From assembly GCA_965649825.1 (NCBI GenBank), contig OZ287701.1:51101-115100 (forward strand): DNA of 64,000 bases, in the 5' to 3' direction. Positions 25,159-37,084 of this stretch are shown here, one piece after another. Source of the stretch: Penicillus capitatus. Taxonomy: Eukaryota; Plantae; Chlorophyta. The notes under the pieces are model-generated. The model had not been told where the DNA came from. It saw nothing but the letters and a program-made list of their open reading frames with translations, and made no database searches. The translations under genes and the position numbers were made by a program. Position 1 is the stretch's first letter. Every line of letters starts with the position of its first letter.

Positions 25159-26783
25159 ATGCAATCCTCCGACAAAGCGCGGCCCAAAATCCTCCTGGGC
25201 CTGACGGGCAGTGTTGCCACAATCCGAGCGTCGATGCTCGTGCGTCACCTCTCCGACTTCGCCGACGTCCAAGTAACACGCGTGCACGTCTGAGGGGCGG
25301 CGACATGGCCATCGATATCTAGGTTGTTGCCACGCAGCCTGCTTTTCATTTCTTCGACAAGGACGAGATTCCACAGGACGTTCAGATCTGGAACGATGCC
25401 GATGAGTATGGGAAATGGAAGCGCAAGGGTGATGACGTCCTTCACATTGTTCTGCGTCGCTGGGCGGATCTGTTGCTCATTGCACCGCTTTCTGCCAATA
25501 CCCTGGCCAAAATGGCCAACGGTTTCTGCGATAACCTGCTCACGTGTATCGTGCGTGCATGGAATCCAGATAGGCCCCTCTGTGTGGCACCCTCCATGAA
25601 TACCCTCATGTGGAACCATCCGCTCACCCAAGACCACCTCAACACCCTGCGCCGCCGTTCCATGCACGTGATCGATCCCATACCCAAGCTCCTGGCGTGT
25701 GGGGATCAAGGAATGGGTGCTATGGCTGAGGTACCAGATATCGTTCGCATCGTCCAAAACGTCTTGTCACACAGTGACGCAGTGCCGCGCGTGATGGGGA
25801 GTTCGCAGACGAGTGCAGACTACTATGCAGACTCCTACGCGCATTTCGGCATTCACGAGGAGATGCTGAAGGACCGCATTCGAACGAATGCCTACCGTCA
25901 AGCCATTCTCAACAACCGTCACCTCTTTGAAGGAAAAGTCATCCTGGACGTCGGATGCGGCACCGGTATCCTCTCGCTTTTTGCTGCCAAAGCAGGAGCA
26001 GCACATGTCTATGGTGTCGACTTCTCCGAAATCGCCCACCAGGCGCAACGCATCGTCGAGGAGAATGGTATGGGGGATAGAGTGACAATCATTAAGGGTA
26101 AAGTGGAAGAGGTGACGTTGCCAGTAGACGCCGTCGACGTTATCGTGTCGGAATGGATGGGATACTTCCTCTTCTACGAGAGCATGCTGGATACGGTCAT
26201 CTACGCTCGGGATAAATGGCTCCGTCCAGATGGCATCTTGTTGCCCGATAAGGCCGCCCTTTATGTCTGCGCCCTAGAGGACGGCGATTACAAGCACGAG
26301 AAGATCGATTTCTGGACAAATGTGTATGGGTTTGATATGTCTTGTATCAGAGAGATGGCTATTATGGAGCCTCTCGTGGAGTATGTGGATGCCAAGCAGA
26401 TCAACACCGATGCATGTAAGTTGATCGAAGTGGATTTGAAGACGGTGAACGTGAAGGATGTGGATTTCAATGCGCCTTTTGAGGTCAAGGCTTATCGCAA
26501 TGATTATATTCATGGTTTGGTGGCATACTTCGAGGTGTTTTTTACCAAGTGCCATAAGCCTGTGGTGATTTCGACCTCGCCCAAGTGCACGACGACGCAC
26601 TGGAAGCAGACACTCTTTTACTTTGAAGATACGATTTTGGTGTGCACTGGAGAGAAGCTGACGGGACAGCTGTCATGTCAGCGCAATGACAAGAATAAGA
26701 GAGATCTGGATGTGACGGTTGAGTATTCCTTGAAGGGCATTCGAGGCGAATGGCAACGCCAACAGCACTATAGAATTCGTTAG
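25159..26783 (+). CDS. Fusion protein: phosphopantothenoylcysteine decarboxylase (HAL3/PPCDC flavoprotein) + type I protein arginine methyltransferase (PRMT1-like), 524 aa
   Basis: Exon 25159-25272 plus exon 25323-26783. ILLGLTGSVAT, HIVLRRWADLLLIAPLSANTLAK, APSMNTLMW and LACGDQGMGAM run in frame into SADYYADSYAHFGIHEEMLKD, VILDVGCGTGILS, SEWMGYFLFYESML and TTHWKQT. Confidence 0.9.
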
Positions 26784-26812
26784 TCGAGACGAAAGCACCA
26801 TTTTTGTAAGGC

Positions 26813-29800
26813 ATGCCGATGGCTAGGGGCATTGCGAAGAGATCCAGTGGGTCAGTCACATCATCGCGGTTCGACGCGACCGACGGCGCACGTCATGCGC
26901 TGACCAATGTCGGAAAAAAGAACAAGGCCATTCACGGCGCTCTCTGGACAACGACGTCGATCGACGGAAACGGCAACAATAGCGACGTAGGCGTGGAATG
27001 CGATCTGGCCGATGCGCAACGTCTCATGTCGCCTATACGTCGACAGAAGCCCTCCACGATGTTTGACCCTCCTTTGCGTTTCCAGCGTCGACATGTGAAG
27101 GGGTAAGGGCTTAGAGAGAGGCGTGGTTTGGATCTGGCGTGTATGACGATGCCACGGCGTTTCTGTCTGCAGCTGTTTCGAACAGCTGTGTCATGCCTCT
27201 CGGCCTCTGTCGTACAAACGGATTGCCTCTCTGTTTTCACGAACACGATGTGGCATATAACGATCCTGCCAAGACTGTGTCGAATTGTGAGAGAGATTCG
27301 GCCGATTACGGCACGTTCGACGACGAGAGACATCGCTGCGTCGGTGCGCCTAGGATCCTGGCCATACCACTGGACCTTCACGAAAAGCGATCTCCTCGCA
27401 GCGACCAGTGGAACGCGTCCATTTGCAAATCTCGCAGAGACGAAGAAAGAAAAGCCTCAGCCGCGATCGGCGAAGGAAAAGAAGGAAATGCCGCGATCGG
27501 CGAAACCCGAGCGTCGAAAACCTATCCAGACGTTTTCCGAACTGGAATCTCGATTCCGAGAGCTGCCAAGAAAGTTGTCCATTGATCAGTGGAAGGAGAT
27601 GTTTTCCCATCTCTCGCGTCTCGCGTCTCCCGAAGAGCCCGAAGCCCATCGGCTGTTGCATCAGTTGATGGTATCGCTATTGAGAGGCACAGCAGGTGAC
27701 AGAGATCTGAGGTCTCTGACGAAAGCCCTCCTGCTCATGCACTACAAGGGCTGGACGAACATGACGATCATGGAGCAGATGTGTGATCTCTTTCTTTCAT
27801 CAGTGGATTTTGGATCGATCGTGACACCCTCGCTCACCGAGTACATTGCTGCGTTGGGAGAAATCTACAAAGGTCGCGGGATTCCCTTGCACAGTCACAT
27901 CGTCGACCCCGCCGCATCATCGACCGCACGTCACATCAGATCCTCCCTCGAAATTATACTGAACCGTGTTTTGGAACTGTTGCAGAAAAAGACCCAGAGA
28001 CACCGAACCATGCTGAGACGGCATATGGTCTCTCCACTGAGGCCCTTCTCGAAAACGAAGTCGAAGGCGACACCACAGAGCAGCCTTTTTCGTCTAAATC
28101 AGAATCTGAGTTTGGAGACAGGTACAGAAAGCTCTGTGATGTGACAGCCACTTTCATGAGATGTACTGCTTCTTCCAGCAGCAGGAAAGCCAGGAGAAGG
28201 TTGAACATGTTCAAGCCTGTCCGCTTCCAAAAAGACAAATGGTACATTCGAAGAGGTCTCGATCCAAAGTAACCGCATTCCTGATCCCAGACCTTGTCCG
28301 TCGTCTTCTGATGCATGATGTGATTCAGAAATCCTGGCCGTTATATTCGCGTCCCGCATTCAGAGATGGAGCATCTCAAGAGGAAACACTATGCACCCGT
28401 TCCTTTCGATGCACCCAGTGGCGAAGATCTCTCTTCCGAATTGGAAGACTACAAGACGCACGTCGTTGTCAACAAGCTGACAGGGGCGAAACGCACACGC
28501 CTCGTTTTTGACCAAGATCTCGACGAAATGCAATTCTTCTACGATACCTATCTCGACAGAGATGCCTCTCGAGCTCAAATACCAGATCTAGGTGTGTCAC
28601 CGTATATGGATCGTATACCCAATGACGAGCTGCTGTCTCAGATGTGGACGAAGAACTGGTCGAGCTTCCATCGCCAAAGGACAGGGAGATCGCTAAAGGT
28701 CCCATCAATGCACACATCCAGCTGTGCCGAGTGCTCGGTACTCTTTGCTATGCCTCTGTATGGATGGACCATCTGTGTGGCAGGTTCAGAAATTATTTCG
28801 ACAGCTCGTCGACGTCACATCCATGTCATGAATGTTGTCTCGCTCATCTGTGGACTGTGCCACATGCGTTACCGAAGAGACCTTGTCTTCCAGACCCTAC
28901 TGACGCGGCTCAGATCCCATACCATGGCAGAGAAGCTCACGCAGAGAGATCTGACGAATATCGTCTTTGGCTTGGGTTCGGTCCGTTATAGAGACGTTGT
29001 AACGTACACACGCATCTGCACACAGTTTCTGCTTCCCCCAAGGCTGGAAAAATGCACAAGTGGTAAATAGGACGCTCGTTGTCGTCTGCCTGTACAGAGG
29101 AGGTGCTTTGGTGTAGAGGAGATGGTGAAGTTTGTCTCCGGTTTGGCATTGGCCGGCTTCTGTGATCAACAGGCCATGACAACAGCCGCAGAGAAACTGC
29201 GATCAAAGAGTGAGAGTCTCACGATCCGACAGGCAATCGCCTTGTTTGGTGCCTTTGCCCGTTGCAACATCCGCGAGACGGTTTTCATGCATCAACTGAT
29301 TGCCCACATCACCCGTATGCCCAAGTGCCATACACGCAGATTCCGATGCAGAGATCTCTACAGGAAAATGGTCGAACAGCACGGATGCCGCGTCTGTGGT
29401 GGAATTGCTGCAAGGGATTTCACAAGCGAGGCTTGCGCAGAACGCAACGATGGTTTCGTTCAGAGAACGCATGATGGAGATGTTTGCCGACGAGGCATGC
29501 GTTTCGCGTTTCTCCTCTGAAGAGATCTGTCAGATCTGGAAGCTCTTGGGAAATCTCCAATGGATTGACGAACGCGTGGCGTCGTCTCTGTTGCTCCCAC
29601 TCACCCAGGCAACAACTCTCCAACGTGAGCACACACACACTTCTCTCGTCAATACTCTCCATATGACGATTTCAGAGATAACGCTACAAGGGATAGTGGA
29701 TCTTCTCTATGGACTGGCCCGTTCTCCACACGACATCCCTGACTCTCAGCTGTCTCCTGTGTACCAAGAGGCGATCCGTATGTCGCATATGTGGGTGGCC

Positions 29801-30653
29801 GTTTTATCAGATGATGGTTTTCAGGTAGCGATCGGCTCAAGAGATATGATCATTGGCAGCTCTCATCGTTGGCGCTCAGTCTGAGTATGGGACAGTGTCA
29901 AGAAGCGTATCTCTCTATACCAAATGCCTCAGAGATGCAAGGGTGTGTGAGACAGGGATGTGCTGAAGGCATTGTGGTCTGAGGTCTGCTCTGGTGTACG
30001 CAGCAGTCGTTATAAGACAGAACATTTCGTCGATATTCTCGAAGCTGCATCGCGTACCGTTGTCCCCCCAACGGAACAGCAACTGCAGAACCTGGCCACG
30101 CCACTTGTCACACCGTTGCAGATGATCCGCACCAAGATGCCGCAGTTTGTCTCCATACTGGACAGCCTCTCCCGCATTCCACACCAAGACAAGTCCACCA
30201 AAATAATCTCCCGGATAGGTGGCTCAAACGCTTGATGATAGGATGACTGCTGCGAGATTGGTCAAAGAATTCGTTCGGCCTAAGCGGTTGACTGAGATCA
30301 ACGCCGCCGCCATTCCGAGTGTACGGTCACACTTTGCATCATCCTGTGATGATGTGACGTGGTGATGGGCAGGTGATGAAATCGCTATTGGCTCTTAACC
30401 ATCCAGAACGCAATAGAATGGAGTTCCTCGCCGACGAGCTCCAACGGGATCAGACCAAGATCACTGCGTGGACAAGAGAAGAACTCACGTTTGGCCGATC
30501 CCTCACTCCTGTCCCATCAAATGCTGTGTGTACAGATTCGTGTATCAGGTCTTGTCGCAGTTGGACTGTCAGAACGCAAAAGTGATGAAGCTGTTGAAGG
30601 CAGAGGTCGAATTTCAGTCAAGCGCTTACTCCAATGCTCTGCCAAGTCCATAA
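26813..30653 (+). CDS. Large helical-repeat protein, probably organellar RNA-binding (OPR/RAP/FASTK-like); start uncertain (26813, 27027 or 27144)
   Basis: Many small-intron-separated exons with repeats such as LTQRDLTNIVFGLGSV, LTIRQAIALFGAFAR, ITLQGIVDLLYGLAR. No diagnostic RAP motif confirmed. Confidence 0.55.
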
Positions 30654-31133
30654 GTTCATAAAGGTCACTCACATCGAGCAAATCAATCTATTCCTTCTGA
30701 TTTGCACAAACGAAAAAGCGGACTCATTGCGGTCCGGCAAGCCAATAGGCTCAGAGAATCGAAACGCGATTCCCAATTGAATGAAAACAGACCATCAAGC
30801 CGATCCTTCATGGCTAGATCGGTACACGGTGGGACGGACGACCAACTGTTGTAAAGGATACTGCACACTTGACTGACAAGAACACTGGAGATTTGGATAG
30901 CTTAGCAAAAAGTCTTAGAAGCCTTCGACTCACGAATCATCATGCTTGACTTCACTTCAAACGGTTTCTGCACACACCATACCTACTGACTAAGTGGATA
31001 GAGGGTGAACGCACACACACCTTTGGGGACTTCATATAGTAAGCACACATGTCTTTCTCAATTGGATGCAGCATATCATCTTTCTGGATCATTTTGGTGG
31101 TGTTGAAGCAGACCTAGACACATACCCTTGTCG

Positions 31134-32214
31134 TTAGGAGACGGTTATTGAGAGATCGGCTATTGCCTCCATCATTTCATCATGCCCGTTCGGTTCTCCG
31201 TGTGAGAGAGACAACTTGTAAGCGAGGTTCTTTGGATTTCCAGGCATAGCTGGCGTACACGCTTCAATGAGAGCACCATCCGATCCGCTGATGATAAAAT
31301 CTTCGGGTTTGATGTCGACGAATTCATCGAATGGATGGTTGAAAACGATCATGAGTTCTGCGCCCTTCTTGTCCGTATAAGGCATTCCTTTGTCTCCGTC
31401 GACGCCCATACCCAAAGCAATGACGTCAAGATCCCTACAGTACGTTCATCGCAAATAGATGCCTAACCGTAGCACATTCTTACAGGCAGTGTGCACGATC
31501 TTTGGGTAACAAAGCCCGGCAACCCTTCCTGTAAGGAAGATCTACATAGCCCGTTTCCTATACCGCATCCACATGTCATGCCCTCATACGTTATGCGTCT
31601 GGCATACCGCAGCAATGGCGTCACGGTCAAGCTCAACACAGGCTCCCATTGGGATACATTTGTCGTCGCAGTTCGTCTCAACAAAAAAGTCAAGGATCAT
31701 CTGGCACTTGTCATCGGAGACGGTCACTCCGAGGATGGCACCTATATACTCCCACGCATCTCACGAAGAGATCGACCACGGCATCGAGCATGACCTGGTA
31801 GGTTCGTAACTTTGAAAAAGCTGGGCTTCACATCGATGCTAATTTTGGTCGACGTATAAACGATAGCTCTGCCGTAGAGGGTGCCCAGTGGACGATTGAG
31901 CAGCTCGGGGAAGCTCGCTTTCTGCTCTTCCAAGGGCTTCTTGCTGAGATGCGTCACCTACGAAGGCCATCTCAATGCGGTCACGAGGCAGGCCAGGACA
32001 CACCTCGAACTGTAGGTCTTTCTGGAAGTGGGTTGGGCCACTGTAGTTGGGGCAGTACTCCTTTTCTTCACCCAACAGGTCTCGGCCCTAAACATCATGC
32101 GTCGTGTGCACGAACGAACATATCGCGAAGCTGTCTGCGTCGGCCGAGGACGAGCGTCGCCCGGCACATAGCGCTAAGCGTCGTCGATGCGTACCATGAT
32201 ACGGTCGGAACCAT
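31134..32214 (-). CDS. Hypothetical multi-exon, Cys-containing, possibly secreted protein
   Basis: Coding-like exons separated by GT-AG introns (GRDLLGEEKEYCPNY..., VETNCDDKCIPMGACVELD..., IVFNHPFDEFVDIKPEDF). No family recognised; boundaries approximate. Confidence 0.5.
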
Positions 32215-33034
32215 GGACCATGAGGCAATAGGCGAGAAGCAAAAAGAGCGTCTTCATTCTAAGAGTCTTCGCACGAAGCAGCGACGTGGTCACGACGGGG
32301 AAAGGGACGATGGGGCTTCGCAAAGCAACGCTTTCTTTTTAGACAATCGAATCGACAAAAAGCTAAGAACACTCGTTTTTATCGAGCAAACGGATGGCAG
32401 TGTCTTGTAAGTGGTTGAATCTTTATGTTGGGGCGCACGGACGGTTGTACTGGAATTGCTTGATTCCGCTAACGGACGGTGAACAACAAAAGATGCGACC
32501 CCAAATAGGAACGTCGGTTGACGTTGACGAGCCGAGGGCTTAAGAGATTCACAGTACACACGACATGCCGTCACCGAGCCGCGTCCTTAGAAGCCGCGTA
32601 CAACAGACTTGCATCTAAAGGGTATTGATTTTGACATCTCTGCGGACGTTGTTCATATCGACCTTATCGAAAGACACCTCCTGACGCCATTTCGATTCGC
32701 CTCCGTTGCCATGGCGGCTTCCTGATGCGACTCTCGCTCGAATCGTTGACGCCATGACGATCGAGGCATTGGATGTTATGCTTTCTAGTGCTTCGACGGT
32801 CGCACTTTTGTCCCGCAACGAAAAGTGAACGAACTTACCATACTCTCTGTTTCGCCGTCCATCGTTGTTTGCCGATTTCTCGAACGTGGTTACCGAGACG
32901 TCTCTTCTGTGAAAAGACACTCGCCGTACGTAGCTAGCAGCTATGTATACGGTCGATTTCCGACGCGGGTTATCGGTTCAATAGCTTTACCAACACGTTT
33001 TCGAGGCGCATTTATTGTTATTCGTTTTACGAGG

Positions 33035-34941
33035 ATGGCCGCAACCAGCGCAGACGCCGGAACGTTTCCCCAGACGGAGCCACTCGTATCCCGTTTCCTC
33101 ATCTGCGTGTCAGCTTCGGACTTGTGTGCGTTCGTGCAGGAAAGCGGCACGCCGAGCGTTGCCTATCCAGCGCCCACAGCGCCGCCAAAGCGTGACATGT
33201 ATCCAGAGAAGGTGGCGCCGTTTTCTGAGGTGGTGAAACCCGCGGCCCCGCAACCTGAAGTCCTGACAGCCAGTTCTCTTGAGCCGACGCCCACCATTCC
33301 CGAACGACAGCCTATGGTGTTCAACATCACCGTGACAGATCCTGTCAAGGAGACGGTGGACGGTATGCTGCCAGGTGCGAACGTACCAACAACGAGGGAG
33401 TTAATTTCTATGGACGTGTCGATGGCTGTAGGAACGAAATCGTCGTTTCACACCTACTGCGTCAACACCAACACGACGATGCCATCTTATCGGCCAGAGA
33501 GCACCGTTCGTCGTCGTTTTCGTGATTTTGTGGACTTGTCAAATCTTCTCAGCGAAAACTATCGAGGTTACTTTGTTCCGCCTCGTCCACATCGCTCATG
33601 GTATCAGGGTAAATTTCTGATGAGAGCATCCTTCATCGAAGAGAGACGCGTCCTTCTCGAACGCTATCTCAAGGCGCTCATTTCACATCCAACCATTTCA
33701 CAGAGCGAGGAGCTGAGGATCTTTTTGGAAATAAGTGGACCGCTATGTAACCGTGCAGAATGGCAGGGCTTACATGCCGTTCCTCCTTCGTTCCTGGAGG
33801 GCACGACCAAGTTCTTCAGACAGATCATCGGAAAAGTGCATAACTGCTAGGTGATAGCTCTTTGAGTGACGGATGGGTCTGTGTGGATCAGGAGCGTATC
33901 ACACCATCGGCCACAGAAGTGTCGAAACCTGCAACGATGCGAAAGGACTTCGTATGGAGCTTCCGGAGTTCGATGAAGAATCTGGACAATCGCCGACGTC
34001 CTCCGCTGTACGAAGGAGCAGAATTTGAACTGAGAGAAGAGCGCACACGCATGGAAGAATTCAAGAAAGATGTCGATGCCTCCTGGAAATGGGTAGAGAT
34101 ATCCACGCACTCTATTTGTGTGTGATCTCCTGTATCTCTTAGGCAACGTACTGGATGGATCGCACCGACGCTGCCGCACGAGCCACGGATAACATTGCTG
34201 CTGCTTTTACTGCTCTGTCTGAGTATGAAGCAAATGAACGCTATGTACGGCTGGAAGCTCTGGGTATCGTCGGCAAGGTGACGTCTTGCATCTCACGGAC
34301 GATCTCGTTGATCGATAGCCGGATATCGGTGCCGTCTTGTGTAGGGAGCTGCTCGCGTGCAGGCAATTTATCGTCGGGGACTGCAAGAGGCCTCCAGTCC
34401 GCTCTCCACTCTCTACAACTACACCGAACTGATGCGTCCTGTCTTGTCTGCCCTGAAGAGTCGTGAACAGGCCTTGAATACCGTCCAGATGCTGGAACGG
34501 GATCTGGAAGCAAAGAGGACCAAAGTGCGCCAATTGGAGATTGAACCAAAGAAACAAGCCAAAGTACAGAAGAGCGCGATAGATGGATGGATGGGCACTA
34601 ACGTATCACTTCCGCATGCGCTTAGGCAGATCAATTAAAAGAAGATATTAAGGCAGTCGAGGCATCATTAGTCGCAGCTCAGAACTATTATGAACGCGTC
34701 GCACGGAACAACCAAGAAGAAACCGAACGATTTCGGCGTTATCGTTCAGAGGATTGGATGGAAATGCTCAAAACATTGTCGAGTAAGATCCCGATCGCAT
34801 CTCTGCGCCGCCTCATCCACTTTCTCTCGGCTTACAGAGGCTGAGCATCGGCGCTGCGTCGAAATGCAAGAAGTCTGGGCGGAGCTTGCCAAGGAACTGG
34901 GAGCCGATGCTGCAACCATCAATGCGGCTGTGACACAATAA
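33035..34941 (+). CDS. Sorting nexin (PX + BAR/Vps5 domain, SNX2-like)
   Basis: ITVTDPVK...YCVNTNT...VRRRFRDFVDLSNLLSENYRGYFVPPRP...FIEERRVLLERYL (PX), followed by BAR-like helical exons. Confidence 0.9.
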
Positions 34942-35148
34942 GTGATTCGTAAGGATGATGTTCATCATTGTGGGCGGATCAGAGTCACATCCGTTGTTAT
35001 TTGTTTCGTTCAGGACTAGTTTTTCATCTGTACAGTCTTCAAATTTGGTTTGATGTCGTTTTATTGCTTTTGTGTGCGAGATTCTTCGATGCGATAAGAA
35101 AAAAAAATAAACTCTAAGATGGAACTCCGTTGTTCGATACATCTGCTG

Positions 35149-35967
35149 TTACCGTGCTATTCTGATATATGCATGAGGATAGGGTTTCAAAAGGGCCCCT
35201 CTAAACGAAGGCTCGGCCACTACATCGAACCTATAGACTCTCCCTGTTTCAAAATCTCGTGATCCATGAGTGGCTTAGACGCAATGAGTTTGAGATCGCC
35301 GGCGACGATGTGAAGAGATGGACAGGTGTCGTGAAGGATAAGGGAGGACCATGCACGAAGGGAGATACCGACGGTTAGACCTTCAGCAAAACGCTGAAAA
35401 AGCTGCTGACCTGATGGAGTATCGGACAACACACGAATGACTGCCCAGAGCTTTTTCCCATACCACTTAAGCTCGAGAATCTCGTCCATAAACTCCTCAA
35501 GAAGGCATGGACGAGTGGACGTCACATCATCACCTGATGGCTGACGGCGCTGGACGATATACAGCAGTACTTTGGATCGGTGTATGCTGGATGACCGAAT
35601 TCACCGAAAGCGCATCCCGGCTGGACACATGCACGAACATACGCCTTCGTCTTCTCGTGCAAAACGCCCTACAGTTCGGTCACGAACAGCCTGTCCATCT
35701 CGTTCGATACGATCCAAACGAGAGGATAGATACGTCCATTACGACTCGCGACATTGGCCTGGATCACCATCCCTGTCACATCACTCGCTGATCGAATCGG
35801 GCATGAGGATGGATGGACCATGGACGATGAGGTTTCCTCCATTAAGAGCCACACTCCTCGCAAAACGCCTTTTTCGTCGCCACTGCAGCAGATGCCGTCA
35901 CATCACGTTTGCATGGCGATCGCAAGACCTGTGCCACTGACGTGACGCATCTCCAAAAGCGTCGCAT
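35149..35967 (-). CDS. T4 gp21-like prohead core protein serine protease homologue (peptidase S77/U9 family), six exons, 190 aa
   Basis: Exons 35967-35929, 35882-35819, 35772-35720, 35668-35534, 35480-35281 and 35230-35149, joined by five GT-AG introns (46, 46, 51, 53, 50 nt). Motifs LIVHGMVIQAN..SRNGRIYP, AFGEFGHP, VSHQI, DTPSG, GISLR and AFDVVAEPS are collinear with T4-like gp21. Confidence 0.85.
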
Positions 35968-36000
35968 CGAGTCGCGTACGACATCTCCTGCGCTTTGGCC

Positions 36001-37083
36001 ATGTTTGCGACGTCTTCTCCATTCCGCGGCCTTTTACTGCACCGACATCCGCGGCGCGTCGTTTCGCCATCTCTTCTGAACAGTCGACGTCGTCATCGTC
36101 GACGACGATGCGCCATCCGACAACCGACCGTTTTCGCGAATCGTTACCAGACGAGTGTCGAAGTGCCGACCACCAAGACGCCCATCGCCTCCAACAACGC
36201 TCTCTTTTGGGTCGTCCTCGTCGCCCAAGTACACGCGTCAAGCATCGCCGCCCATATGGAGGAGAATCTCGCACAGAGTGTGGCGCTGGTCGGAGCGACT
36301 GTTGGCGGATTTCTTGCTCGGCGACGACGACGCGAATTGGAAACGCTCACAGAAAAACTGCGCAATGTCAATGCTGAACTCCGTCGGCAAAGAGAAGAAG
36401 ATCTGCACGTTTGTGAAGCAGATGGCGACATTGAGGCCATGCGATCGTACCGTGCGGCATTGGAAGTGGCCCTCGAAGCACCTTCTGAGCAACATCCGCT
36501 CGAAGATCACGGCACGAGTGAGAGTACACTGGCCGGGGCACGGCGCGAAGTATAACATCCACGCGCATACTTGGGGTCCCGATCGATTTCACTCATGTCT
36601 CAGTTTTCGCGTTCGCTGCAAGACAGTCGCGAGTCGCTGAGAATTGGCGATACGTCTGAGGCCTATTACCTCTGCAACAATGCCATTGCCTTGTCGAAGG
36701 AGATGAGGGATTTGCGTGCCGAGCGATCGGCGACGAAACTGAAGGCTCAGATATATAAGTAGTCACATCACACATTCCGAGGCATTAAATGTGTGAGATG
36801 ATGCATCAAGGGCAATGGATGAACCGCTGAAGGCATTGAAAAGCTTAAAAGTGTCTCTGGCCTTATCCGGCGATCTGGAGGATCATTCGGGAGACGTGGA
36901 CACTCTGGGCGACATCGGAGATATCTATACGGAGATTGGAGACTACGAACGAGCTGGCAAAGTATGCGAGGCATATATCTTCCTGCTTCTATTGTGTGTT
37001 CTGTTCAGTTCTATGACCTGTGTTGCAAAGTGATACGCGAGGAAGAGTATTCGGAAAATCTCTCGCCTTACTGGGACTGCTAG
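36001..37083 (+). CDS. FLU: FLUORESCENT IN BLUE LIGHT-like TPR protein (glutamyl-tRNA reductase regulator)
   Basis: Transit peptide; ALVGATVGGFLARRRRRELETLTEKLRNVNAELRRQ (FLU TM/coiled-coil signature); C-terminal TPRs ending GDIYTEIGDYERAGK|FYD. Confidence 0.85.
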
Positions 37084-37084
37084 A

